The notes below the pieces were generated by a model. It ran no database searches. It was given only the letters and a program-made list of their open reading frames with translations, and was not told where the DNA came from. From Cyanophora paradoxa CCMP329 (Eukaryota > Plantae > Glaucophyta): DNA of 64,000 nucleotides. Both the position numbers and the translations under genes were made by a program. The stretch lies in the NCBI GenBank assembly GCA_004431415.1, contig QPMI01000089.1:1-64000 (forward strand), in the 5' to 3' direction. This document shows, piece after piece, positions 51,903-63,900 of the stretch (the first letter of the stretch is position 1; each line of letters begins with the position of its first letter).

Positions 51903-54497
51903 ATGAACAAAATCGAGAAATTCGCCACCCCTGTTGAAAATGCTACATTCCTTAGTACTCTCATTGGTGATCGCAACAAGGTCACCCATGTATTTGATTC
52001 TGCCGAAGATGCCCTTGAAGCCATTGATAATAGCAAGGTTAAGACCTGGGCTGAATGCATTCAGCCTGAACAAGTCACCAGAGTTTACCTGGACCTGGAT
52101 AAATTCGCTGATTTGAAGGAGAACATTGCTGAAAACTATGCTGAGGCGGAAACTGTTGTAAGAGAGATGAGAGATAAGCTATGGAAGCGATCTGGGACCA
52201 CTTCGATTAACGATATTGCTGTTGCAGTTCGCCATAGAAGGGTTTATTTGATCAAGGAGGATGTGACCAAGTTCAAGATCTCAGCCCACTTTATCATTAA
52301 GTCGCTTGCATGCAAACATGAAGATATCCCCAAGCTTTTCAAAGCAATGGGATTGGTGAAAAATGAGGATTATGACAGTGGAGTTTACAGCTCCACACAG
52401 AACCTTATCTGCCTCAATTGCTGCAAAGGTGAGACTCTGGATGCTCAAAATAAATCAAAGAAAGATGTTGATAAAAACGTTTGCTTTAAGAAATTCGTTG
52501 ACTGTGACAAAGTGTTAATGCGAAATGAGGACTTCTTTGTATCTTACTTCTCAGCTACTACTAAACTTGTGGATGAATCGAATATTTCTGCATTCGCAAA
52601 TTATAGCCCTGAGCCAAAACCAGTTAAAAAGGAGCCAAAAAGTGATAAAGTGAAGACTGAGAAGGTAGAAGCTGAAAAAGACACTGAACCCGAAAATCCT
52701 GTTACTTTCGAACTGCTACAAAGCGTTATAATGGGTCTCAATGCTGACAGAGCCAGCGAGTATAAGACTTGGATTGATGTTGGACTGGTCATCATCAATG
52801 TTGGGGAAGACAACAAATTTACCCCTAAAATGCAGGCTGAACTCTTCCACCAATTCTCAGAACAGAGTGACAAGTATGATTATGATGAATGCCAGGAGAA
52901 GTTTACACAGCTTCGCAGAAGCAAGAAGAAGGCTGAGCCTGGCAAAGTGTTGACCTTCAAATCCTTGGTTTATTGGTTGAGCAAAGATAACAATGAGCTT
53001 TTCAAGGAACTTTTCCCCAAAAAGTATGCATTCCTACCAGAGGACACAGATGAAATCGATTACAAGACTGCAAGTATCCCTCCTTTGGCTGAACACTACA
53101 ATGTGCATAAGAGGTATTTCAATGCTCGCATGCATCATGTTGAAAATGTTGGTTGTGTGATGCTCTGGGATGAACAACTACTTTGCTGGATGCCCAAAGA
53201 TATTGGGAAACTCTCAACAAAGCATTTCCCCCACTTGATGCATAAGGTGATTGTGAATGAGGGGACAGATAATGAGAAAGAGAAATGGGAGCAATCATTT
53301 AGGAAATGGATTGTGGATCCAACAGCCACAAGATCAACTTACATGGATTTCCTCCCACCTCCTGCTACTCTCAGTGCCAAATGCAAGTCTGTATTTAATC
53401 TCTATCCAGGAATGAAGGTTGACCATCAGCAATTCGAAAATGCTCCAGAGGATGTAACTGCTGAGATGATTAAGCCTTTCCTAGATCACTTGTTCTTAAT
53501 GTCTGGTGAGGATCAAAATACCTATGAATATCTGTTGAAATGGTTTGCCCACATGCTGCAAAAGCCTGGGGAACTCAATGGAGTATCCTTAATCTTCATT
53601 GGTGAACAGGGAACTGGTAAGAATGTGTTGGTTGATACTTTCCAAAAGAAGATACTTGGAGATGCCCTGAGTTATGCAACTGGAAAGCCAAAAGAGGATC
53701 TGTTTGGTCGATTTGCCCACAATAGAGAGGATAAGATCTTGATTGTTGTTAATGAAGCCTCAGGCAAGGACACATTCGAAAATAATGATATGCTCAAAGA
53801 TCTCATTACTTCTGATAAGATTGTTATTGAACACAAAGGGATAGATTCTTACACAAAAAGCAACTTTGCCAGGATTATATTCACCAGCAATAACAATATT
53901 CCAGTGAAAATTGAAGCTGGAGATAGGCGATTTGTGGTTGTTGAAGTTAGTAAGAAATTCGCAAAGGATAGGTCATACTTCCTTCCACTTGTAAAATGGC
54001 TAAATGATCACTGCAATATTCGAAACATTGCCCACTATTTGAGAACCAAAGTTGACTGTGAGGATGTGAACTGGATTGCTGATAGACCCCTTACAAATAA
54101 ATACTATTTAGCCCAGCAGGTATGCGCCCCAATCATTCTTATGTTCACTAAGTGGCTTGTGGATCGAGGCTTAATTTCCGAGAATAAATGCAAGTCTGGT
54201 AGCCTTGTGGAAACCTGGAAGTGGTTCCAGGAGTTTATTACCAGCAACAAATATAAAAACGATTATAATAGTCGCAGATATTATACTGAAATGAGAAGTG
54301 TTACATATATTCAAGTGAAAACTACAAATGGCAAACAATACTATCATTTCCTATTCCCACAAGTATTTGAGGAATTCAGAAAGATGAAGCTTGTAGATGA
54401 TGAGACTATTGAGGAAGAAGCTAATCCAAGGATGAAACAAGACCTACCTGCTGCTGATCCTGATGCATCAGATTATGATTCTGATGTTGAAGTTTAG
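51903..54497 (+). CDS. AEP primase / PriCT-2 / SF3 (D5-like) helicase fusion
   Basis: RVYLDLD, KISAHF, YDSGVYS (AEP); RASEYKTWIDVG...FSEQSDKYD (PriCT-2); GEQGTGKN, VVNEA, FTSNN, DRRF. Confidence 0.9.
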   Translation: MNKIEKFATPVENATFLSTLIGDRNKVTHVFDSAEDALEAIDNSKVKTWAECIQPEQVTRVYLDLDKFADLKENIAENYAEAETVVREMRDKLWKRSGTTSINDIAVAVRHRRVYLIKEDVTKFKISAHFIIKSLACKHEDIPKLFKAMGLVKNEDYDSGVYSSTQNLICLNCCKGETLDAQNKSKKDVDKNVCFKKFVDCDKVLMRNEDFFVSYFSATTKLVDESNISAFANYSPEPKPVKKEPKSDKVKTEKVEAEKDTEPENPVTFELLQSVIMGLNADRASEYKTWIDVGLVIINVGEDNKFTPKMQAELFHQFSEQSDKYDYDECQEKFTQLRRSKKKAEPGKVLTFKSLVYWLSKDNNELFKELFPKKYAFLPEDTDEIDYKTASIPPLAEHYNVHKRYFNARMHHVENVGCVMLWDEQLLCWMPKDIGKLSTKHFPHLMHKVIVNEGTDNEKEKWEQSFRKWIVDPTATRSTYMDFLPPPATLSAKCKSVFNLYPGMKVDHQQFENAPEDVTAEMIKPFLDHLFLMSGEDQNTYEYLLKWFAHMLQKPGELNGVSLIFIGEQGTGKNVLVDTFQKKILGDALSYATGKPKEDLFGRFAHNREDKILIVVNEASGKDTFENNDMLKDLITSDKIVIEHKGIDSYTKSNFARIIFTSNNNIPVKIEAGDRRFVVVEVSKKFAKDRSYFLPLVKWLNDHCNIRNIAHYLRTKVDCEDVNWIADRPLTNKYYLAQQVCAPIILMFTKWLVDRGLISENKCKSGSLVETWKWFQEFITSNKYKNDYNSRRYYTEMRSVTYIQVKTTNGKQYYHFLFPQVFEEFRKMKLVDDETIEEEANPRMKQDLPAADPDASDYDSDVEV

Positions 54498-54507
54498 GTT
54501 TACTCAA

Positions 54508-54689
54508 AAGTGGACTCATGGTTGACTCACATTTATCATAAAAGACCCAAACAGTCTTTTATTTATGGTTTATTTATTGATTAGGTTGACTAAGTGGGGG
54601 GAGTTGACTCATTTTTTCACAGATTCTAAAAGAGGACTCTGCCCTAAAAAGAAATAAAAAGTGCCTCAACTCCACCCACTAAGTCAACT
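54508..54689. repeat. Internal diverged copy of the TIR inverted-repeat module (candidate origin)
   Basis: Colinear with about 60543-60729 and, inverted, about 34042-34229; GGTTGACTAAGTGGG..GAGTTGAC arms. Confidence 0.75.
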
Positions 54690-55164
54690 TAACACTTAGA
54701 TCACTTCTACATACTGGGCATTTGAATTGATCCTTTGATGGCAGCTTAGCTGTGCAGTCACCACAAACTTGACTATTACACTTGAAACAACTCCATGTCC
54801 CAGGGGGTTCATCAGTTTCCAAACAAATAACACATGTTTTATCCTCTTCCCTCTCAAAAGATATGATGACATCATGTAAGAAAGATTTCAGAATACTCTG
54901 AGAAATCGATTGAGGAACTAAGTAACCACTGTCTTTAAAGAGAATAAAGCAAAGTTGCTTCCTCTCAGGAGAATATCCATTAACCACATTCAAATTCCGA
55001 AACATTTTGGTATGCATTTCAGTGTTTGAGATCACAAAGATTTTGTTTTCACTCACAGAGCGATCCAAAAGATCTCTAGTTGCATCAGTAAACATACTTG
55101 TGGCATCCTCAACAGGTATTGAGGTCGAAGCTTTCAGGGTTTCTATGATATCTTGGGTATTCAT
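54679..55164 (-). CDS. RING-finger protein (putative E3 ligase)
   Basis: CVIC...CFKC...CGDC...CPVCR. Confidence 0.8.
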   Translation of the reverse strand: MNTQDIIETLKASTSIPVEDATSMFTDATRDLLDRSVSENKIFVISNTEMHTKMFRNLNVVNGYSPERKQLCFILFKDSGYLVPQSISQSILKSFLHDVIISFEREEDKTCVICLETDEPPGTWSCFKCNSQVCGDCTAKLPSKDQFKCPVCRSDLSVKLT

Positions 55165-55302
55165 CGATCCTTTCTACTAGTAGAAAAGAAAATAATTTTT
55201 CCTCTATATCCTTTTTTCAAATTCGCTTTAAGCCATTTTAAAAATGCGTTCAGAACATCCTAAAATAAAATATCCCCTTAGAATAGGAACAAGTTAGGAA
55301 TA

Positions 55303-58300
55303 ATGCCCCGAATTACCAACAAACTCATAAGGGAGAAGAAATGGGAACTCATGGGATTGCTGGGAACACTATATGCAGCCCATGAAATTACAGAGGCTGA
55401 ATATGACCGGGAAATAGATTTAATTGCAAAGGGTAGACCCACTTTAGCCAGGTTAACCAGAAAAGCAAATAACCTATATGATAAAATTGAAACCTTGGAT
55501 GAACTGGATCGCCTAAGGCAAATAGAACCTGAGGCAGAAGATGGAACAGCCATGAATGAATTATATCGCTGGCTCACTTACAGAGCCAGAAGGGAAGTTG
55601 TTGTAGATGTGATTGAATTCCTGGACAGAATTGCTACATCCCTTCCAAATCGATTAAAGCAGGGTTTAGATCAATTCAGGGCAATCAAGGTTCGCTTGTC
55701 TTTTATCTGCAAGTTCGTAAAAGTGAGCAATCCACAGGTTTGGATATCGAAATACATTTACAGTGATTATTTTGTATTAACCAGGTCGAGAAATATTCGA
55801 ACTGAGCTGAATAAAGCAGCCCAAATGTGTCAGGAGCAGATGAATGTGGTTGATAGCTATCGCTTGGAAAGAATCGAAATACTCAGAGTGGCTATTATGA
55901 GCTATGCTCCAACTGGTGGATGCTTTCTACAAACCCCAGAGTGGATTGCTAGGAAGAGAGCCACAGTGAATATTCGAAATATTGATGATTCCTGCTTCGA
56001 AAATGCAATTTTGGCATATATTCACAGAAAAGCGATAAACTCCCATAAGAGGAATGAGCTTTCACAGTATCGCAAATGGAAATACTCAGCAATCGCTTAT
56101 AATCCGCTGGCTCTGAATTTCGATAACATCCCATTCCCTGTTGCCTGTGATGCTGAAATAATTGATAAATTCGAGGCTCAAAATGCAGGCATTAGCATTA
56201 ATATATTTGGAATCGATGGAGAGGTTATTTATCCCCTGCATCAATCAAGTAACCCAGGCAGAAAGCATAAGGTTAATCTCATGCTGATATTTGATGATGA
56301 AGGGAATGGTCACTATATTACAATCATGTCCCTTTCAAGGCTATTGAAAGTAAACCATGAAACATACAATGATCAGAAGTTACACTACTGTGACACATGC
56401 TTATCTCGATTCAGGTCTGAGGCTAAACTCACTGCTCATGTGGACTCAAATAGATGCATTGATTGGAGACTTTCAAAGGGAATCACTCCTAAGCCTGAGA
56501 CCACCATAGAGTTTGGATTGAAAAACCTCAGGAAAACTGTGTGGCTTCCTGTTGTGGTCTACTGCAAGATTGAACATAGATGCATCCCCATTGATGCATC
56601 AAAATCCAAGAGAGAAGTCTCAGCAGTCAACCTGAGAGTAGTCACTGGGGCAGATGTTCAAGATTTTCGATTTGAGGGGCAGGATCCAATGGGAGGTCTG
56701 TTTGAATGCTTGGAGTCCAAAGCAAGAGAACTAATCGATTTCCTGTTCACCAATATTCCTATGAATGAACTCACAGATGAGCAGAAAGCAATTTACAGAG
56801 CTACCAAACACTGTTACCTTTGCAGTGAGAGATTCACAAAGGAGAACTTCAAATGCAGAGATCATGACCACCACACAGGTCATTATATTGCTCCTGCATG
56901 CAGAAACTGCAATCTCCATAGGAGAATCTCAAAGCAAACCAAAGTTGCAGTTGTTGTTGACCAAATGGATGACTGTGGGACATTCATTTTCAGAAAAATA
57001 GCAGGCATGGGTGAAAAAAAGCGAATCGAAATCCTTTCGAAAAACTTTGATCAATACCTTTCATTGCAATGGGGTCTTTACAAGTTCATTGATGCAAGCA
57101 ATTTCATGGATTTCGGAGCTGCTGTTGTTACAGAGTTAATGGACAAATTCCAAGCCTTCAGAAGGCTTTCACACTCAGTATATGGACTTGACCCAGTTCA
57201 TTATGTATCTGCACCAGGGTTATCTTGGGATGCTATGCTTAGGACCACCAAGGCAAAAATAGAGCTTATAAGTGATGTAGAGCAATATGAATTTGTTGAG
57301 AGGGGAATCAGGGGTGGCTTTGCAACAATGCCCTGTAGGTATGCTGAGGCTGATGGTGAGAACTCCCATATAATGCTGTTTGATGCTAACAACTTGTATG
57401 GCTACTGTTTGAGTCAGCCAATTCCAGTTGGTGATTTTAGATGGGAGACCGAATTCAACCCAAAAGATAACAGATCCAGTTTCCTAGAAGTTGATCTGGA
57501 TTACCCAATTAGGCTGTTTCTAGATCACAGTGATTTCCCTCTAATTATTAACAAGAAAATAGCAGAATATGCCGAATTATCACAATATCAAAAGAGCCTA
57601 TTAGATCTCTCAGGAGAAGAGCTTGATAAAACCCCTAAGCTTACTGCAACCTTTGGTTCTGTGACCAACTATGTGATTTCTGAGCCTCTTCTGCAATATC
57701 TGTTGGACAAAGGGGTGAAATTAAAGAAAGTTCACAGGGTCCTATCATTTACTGTGGCTCCTGTAATGAAACCCTACATTGAGCTGTTAGATCCCCCTAG
57801 GTCCAAGGGACCACAATAAGCATGTGAAACTAGATAAGCCTGTTGCAATTGGGGCTTATGTTTTGGATACTGCCAAACTGCATAATTACCAGTTCTTCTA
57901 TGATACTGTAAGGTCCCAATGGACAAAAGCAAAGTTACTATTCCATGATACTGATTCCTTCTGTCTATATATCGAATCTAAGACCATTGCAAAAGATATA
58001 GAGAATATTGCTTATTCTTTGGACCTTGGAGGTGATTCAAGAATGACCCCAGGTAAATACAAAAATGAGATGCCAGGTTCTGCTATACTGGAGTATGTGG
58101 GTCTTAGAGCCAAAGTTTACAGTTTCAGAACTGCTGAGATTGAGAGAAGTAAGCTCTCTGGGACTTCAACTGAGGAACTCCAATTTAATGATTTTAAGCA
58201 GTGTTTATTTGCAGGTATCAGCAAGACTGTGACTGCAAAGCAGAAAAGAAGGGCAGATCACACAATAATAGATACTGTGAGTAGAAGGGTTGCCCTAAAC

Positions 58301-58360
58301 TGCTTTGATGCAAAGAGATACATCTTACCAGATGGTATTAATTCTGTTCCTTTTAATTAA
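55303..58360 (+). CDS. Degenerate family B polymerase-like protein (Zn-finger + endonuclease VII type), frameshifted near 57795
   Basis: GHY..I.SLSRLL, CDTCL..F, CYLC..RDHDH.TG...CRNCN, GIRGG, DANNLYG, KP..IG, HDTDS, GLRAKVY; no motif B or exo catalytic motifs seen. Confidence 0.8.
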
Positions 58361-58363
58361 GAG

Positions 58364-59748
58364 ATGCCAGCAACTGGAAGAATAGTTAGGAGAACCACTG
58401 AGCAACTGCAAGGTAACCTATTGCCCATCACAGTTCCAAAGGAGGAAAAGGGAGAATCTCGAATTGTTAAAAAGTCAGAGATGAAAGAGCTTGTCCCAGT
58501 AGAGATTCCAGTTGCTATTGCAGTGAAAGAAACCAGCAAGATTGCCAAGAGATTCTATGATGTGAGAACTGGTTACAAAGGGCTTCAAGCTATGAGGGCT
58601 GAGTTACCTGATGAATCCTATAAGCAGTTGCAAGAGTTCTATAAAAACAGGAAGTTGTTCAGATCAATGCACCTGCTATATCTAGAAAGAGAGATCCCAT
58701 GGTTCCAATAAGGCAACCCCTTGATACCTATGTGATTGATTTGCTCTTTTTCCCAGCTTATAAGAAACAAAACAATGGCTATGATACCTTTATGACTGCA
58801 ATGGAATCCACACTGAGAACTGGGTATATCATACCTATAAGGGATAAATCAGCTCTCACTACATTAGCTGCATTTAAACAGCTTGAGATGAGAGTGGCAA
58901 GACCCATAGTAAAGGTTCAATCAGATGCTGGGAGTGAGTTCCAAAATCGAATATTCCAGGAGTATTTATCTAGTAAATTCATAGAACACCAAGTGAGTGG
59001 AACTGCTGACCACAGGAGCCAAGGTCGAATTGAAGCCTTTAACAAGCAGATTAAGAGACTGATCACAAACTACTGCATAGCCAATAATACAGCTAGATTC
59101 TTTGATGTGTTAGGTGATATTGAGTATAATTACAATAATACAGTCCACTCAGCTACTAAGATGAAGCCAGGCGAAACTACAGAGGAGCATTATAGGTATA
59201 TAGTGGGATTAGAAGATGAGAGATTCAAGAAATCAATAGCTTATCTTGATACCATGCAGCCTGGCATGTTTGTTAGAGTGAAAGTTGAGAAGAACCCCTT
59301 TGCCAAACAGGGTAACAATTGGTCTAGGATGGTTTACACTGTTGATAGTAGGGAAGGCTTTAAGTTTAAGCTAAGGAGTCCCACTGGAGAGATCATAGAT
59401 AACAGATTTGCATTCCATGAGCTGTTGCCTGTGAATGCAGTTGAGTATCTGGAAACACCTACAGTGGATGCCTTGGAGCAAGCTAAAGAGGAAGCTAGGG
59501 TTGATGCTGCTATAAGGAGAGAAGGCATAGAAGCTGCTAATGAAGTCCCAGATAAGCCTTTGATAGAGGCTAGAAAGGAGAAGACTGGCAAAGTTAATAG
59601 GGAACTCAAAAAGCTCACCATAGCAGGGACACAGAAACTTTCAGAAGTGAATAGCCAGAGATGGTATAATGACTTTCAGACTACTAAGGAGTCATATACA
59701 GTCCCTAAACCTCAGAGAACACTACGAGAAAGGACCAAAACTAGCTAG
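58364..59748 (+). CDS. rve DDE integrase (E2), frameshifted at the A-run near 58645
   Basis: FYD..TGYKG in ORF1; IDLL, SDAGSEF, GRIEAFN, YNNTVHSATKMKP in ORF2. Confidence 0.88.
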
Positions 59749-59764
59749 TTTGCTAGCCGAAAAC

Positions 59765-60970
59765 TCGTTTTTTCCAAATATATGTATGACTGATATACAT
59801 ATATGCATATGATATACACATTGTCTTGTAGATCTTTTCAAGCGCTTCACAGCGATATGCAGAACGTTGCGATTTGATAATCTGGTGATGAGATACAAGC
59901 GTTTGAAGATGCCGATTATCGATTTTTCGAGATTTCGGAATGATGCATCATAATGATGTAATAATGATGTATCATAAACAAATAACATATATATATCGCC
60001 GTGATCGTCATGATCTCCCGAGTTCGATGGTGTGTCATATATATCATATACATATGCATCGTCATTATGACATCATTTCGTAACATAACACGTCCGTCAT
60101 CGTCTTTTTCCGCAGCGAACAGATAAGTGAACAGTTAACGAGACAACTATTGTAATAGTGTACTGCAACAACAATTGAAAACAAGATATGTGGGAAAGCT
60201 ATTGAAAGACAATGAAGCAAATTGCGAACAATTAAGTGAACAGTTAAGTGGACACCTGTTGGGAGTAGGCAGTGTCTACTCGTTTATCGTGAAACGGTGT
60301 CCACTTAACTGTTCATTTAACTGTTGACGAAAACCCATGCATTATGACATCATATCATTAAACCACATACAAAACACTAAACGCATGTATCTCTTCACCA
60401 ACTCATCATCTGACAAAACCAAAAACAGATTCGAAATCCTCTTAACGAGGCCTGCGTGACGATATAAGTATCATAGGTTCAATAATTCATATGTTTATAA
60501 GCATCTCCCCTTGATTCCCCATATTATATTATATTTATATTTAAGTGGACTCAAGGTTGACTCATATTAATCGTAAAAGTAGTAATAGTATATGGATTTT
60601 GTTACGAATTCAATGCAAGGGTTGACTAAGTGGGTTGAGTTGACTCAAATTTCACAGGAAATATTTGGGACCTAAAGTTTTCTAAAAAGGATTTCAAAAA
60701 ATGTGTCAACTCCCCCCACTTAGTCAACCCTGACCATAAACAGTAAGGATTTGAGCTAACATGTATCACAAAGTGAACATTTTGAGTCCACTTAGAAGAT
60801 CCACTTTTGAAATCAAAGTTGATTTTGCTTGAAATTTCAGAGTTGATCTAAAAGTGAGTCCACCCTGATTGATTATGGTAACAAAGTTGACTAAGTTGAC
60901 TAAGTTGAGTCATCTTAAGGAATTCAAGGAGACTAAGAGTTCAAAATGTTTATGAAAAGTGAGTCAACTT
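59765..60970 (-). repeat. E2 right TIR (outer end probably truncated)
   Basis: Reverse complement of 33801-35007. Confidence 0.93.
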
Positions 60971-63900
60971 CAGGCGAAGCCTCTTTCAGGCGAAGCCTCT
61001 TTCTCATTTCCGTGTCGCACTCCCTCGAGGCAGAATTATTAATTCTGCCTCGACACGGACGCGATTGCCGCTAGTCACACAGCCACCCGAACCCCCACAG
61101 ACCTCTCTAGATCCATTTTTAGCGTCCTGGCTTCCCTAAGACGACCGCTCCCCCGTGGGCGTCCCGCGAATATCGAATTTCCCTCTGGATCAATTCCGGT
61201 ACTTAACCTCCGACAAACGCAGTCCGAGTCAGAAGGTGGGACCCGGTCCCGCCCGGTCCCGCGACGAAATCGCGCCAGGGACGCCCAGAACGATACGGAG
61301 TGACGCGCGAGGGCGAGCGCATCGCCGCAAGCTCGATTTCGGGCGCCGTCGACGCTCCAGTGCGAAGACTTGGCCGAAAATTTGATCCGGCCGGTTCCGC
61401 CCGGTCCCGCGACGCGCGCAATCGATGCGTACTGGCGCGCATAGACATAGCAAGGTCTGCGTACTCCAGAAATCCGCTTTTCGGAGGCCGAACAGTGCAG
61501 GAAGGTACCCGATGGCAAAAATTCGATCCGGATCCTGCACGGGCCCGGACATCTTTCCGCGCGCCCACGCTGCGGCGCATGCGCGGAGCAATAACATAAG
61601 CATTCGAGATGTAGACAAAGCATTCCGCACGCTTTGCGTATGCGCGGGGCCGCGGGGACCCAGCCCACCCCGAAAATTCGATCCTCTACAGACCTGCACA
61701 TCTTTCCGCGCGCCCTCGCATCCTCGCGCATGCGCATCGCTACAATATTCATTTGAGATTTTATCAAAGCCTTCGACAAGCTTCGAACACGCCGAAGACC
61801 ACGAGAACCCAGCCGACGGCAAAAATTCGATCCTGCACGGACCCGGACATCTTTCTGCGCGCCCACGCCGCGGCACATGCGCGGGACAATAGCATATGCA
61901 TGTGAGATGTAGACAAAGCCTTCCGCATGCTTTACAGATGCGCCGGGCCGCGAGAACCCAGCCAACCCGAAAGTTCGATCTTGCACGGACCTGCGCGCAC
62001 AGCTTTCCGCATGCACGCCCTCGCATGCTCACGCATGGGCATTGCTACAGTATTCATTTGAGCTCTTTGTAAAGCTTTGCGCGAGCTCTGCGGACGGCGG
62101 CAATCCAGCCGACGCAAAACTTCGATCCTGGCCACGCCTGCACATCTTTCCGCGCGCCCTCGCCTCCGCAGACCTGCACATCGATGCTATATGCGTTCGA
62201 GATTCTTTTTAAGCGATTCGCAAGCTCTGTGCATGCGCCTGGCCGCGAGAACCTCGCCCCTGCCGGGCCTCCTTCCCAACAATATTATATAATTAATCTC
62301 CTCTCAAACTAGATCGATCTGCTCCACTCTTTAATTATTTCCTCGCTCAGTACATAATGGCATTAATATTACTCTAGCTAGCCGACCAGCGTTAGCTGGA
62401 CTGGCCGTCAGCCAGCCAGCTTCTAGCCAGAAAGCTGTTCGCGATCGGCCAGGCCGCTGGCCAGTGCCCTATATATAGGCCTACTGTGACAGCCGCGAGG
62501 GCGTCCGCGAGGCTTCGCCGTACTTAGTGCTCCGCAGGAGCACGGATCTTGTCTCAAACCCAAAAACCGCCGATATAAATTCCTTTTTTAACCTTTTTTT
62601 CCACTCGAGATCCCCCCTGCTAAATAATTTCCGCGTCGCACTCCCTCGAGGACGAATTATTAATTCTGCCTCGACGCGGACGCGATTGCTGCTGGTAACA
62701 CAGCTCCCCGAACCCGCACACAGCCATTTTTAGCGTCCTGGCTCCCCTAAGACGACCGCTCGCCCGTGGGCGTCGCGCGAATTTCGAGTTTCCCTCTGGA
62801 TCAATTCCGGTACTTGACCTCCGACAAACGCAGTCCGCATCAGAAGGTGGGACCCGGTCCCGCCCGGTCCCGCGACGAAATCGCGCCAGGGACGCCCCAG
62901 AGCGATGCAGAAAGAGAGCCGAGGGCGAGCGCATCGCCGCAAGCTCGATTTCGGGCGCCGTCGGCGCTCCACTGCGAAGAGCCGGCCGAAAATTTGATCC
63001 GGCCGGTTCCGGCCGGTCCCGCGACACGCGCAATCGATGCGTACTGGCGCGCATAGACATAGAAGGGCCTGCGCACCCCCGAAATCCGCTTTTCCGAGCC
63101 GGAGCAGCGCAGGAAGGCTCCCGGCGGCAAAAATTCGATCCTGCACGGGCCTGGACATCTTTCCGCGCGCCCGCGCTGCGGCGCATGCGCGGACCAATAG
63201 TATGAGCATTTGAGATGTAGACAAAGCATTCCGCACGGTTTACGGATGTGCCGGGCCGCGAGGACCCAGCCGACCCCGAAAATTCGATCCTTCACGGACC
63301 TGCACGTCTTTCCGCGCGCCCTCGCATCCTCACGCAAGCACATCGCTACTATATTCATTTGGGATTTTATCAAAGCCTTCCACAAGCTTCGAAGACGCGA
63401 AAGAGCACGAGAACCCAGCCGGCGGCAAAAATTCGATCCTGCACGGGCCCGGACATCTTTCCGCGTGCCCACGCCGCGGTGCATGCGCGGAACAATAGCA
63501 TAAGCATTTGAGATGTAGAAGAAGCTTTCCGCACGCTTTACAGATGCGCCGGGCCGCGGGGACCCAGCCGACCCCGAAAATTCGATCCTGGACAGACCTG
63601 CACATCTTTCCGCGCGCCCTCGCATCCTCACCGTGGCACGCACGGGCATCGCTACAATATTCATCAGAGATGTTTTAAAAGCCTTTCGCAAGCTCTGCGG
63701 ACGCAACAGGGCGCGGCAATCCAGCCGACGCAAAAATTCGATCCTGGCCACGCCTGCACATCTTTCCGCGCGCCCTCGCCTCCGCAAGCCTACACATCGA
63801 TGCTATATGCATTCGAGATTCTGTTTAAGCGATTCGCGAGATCTGTGCATGCGCCTGGCCGCAAGAACCTCGCCCCTCCCGGGCCTCCTTCCCAACAATA

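Larger units (their letters stand above)
33442..60970. mobile_element. Integrated Polinton-like virus E2 (about 27.5 kb), defective
   Basis: About 1.2-kb TIRs, gene order syntenic with E1, integrase, primase-helicase, PolB-like gene, MCP deletion; left boundary inferred from host exon break. Confidence 0.9.

Noticed and set aside
17755-58650. Programmed frameshifting in penton 1 (E1), penton 2, PolB and integrase (E2)
   Set aside because: Three of the four shifts fall in 5-nt homopolymers, and the penton and integrase counterparts in the other element are uninterrupted. Sequencing error or decay is simpler.
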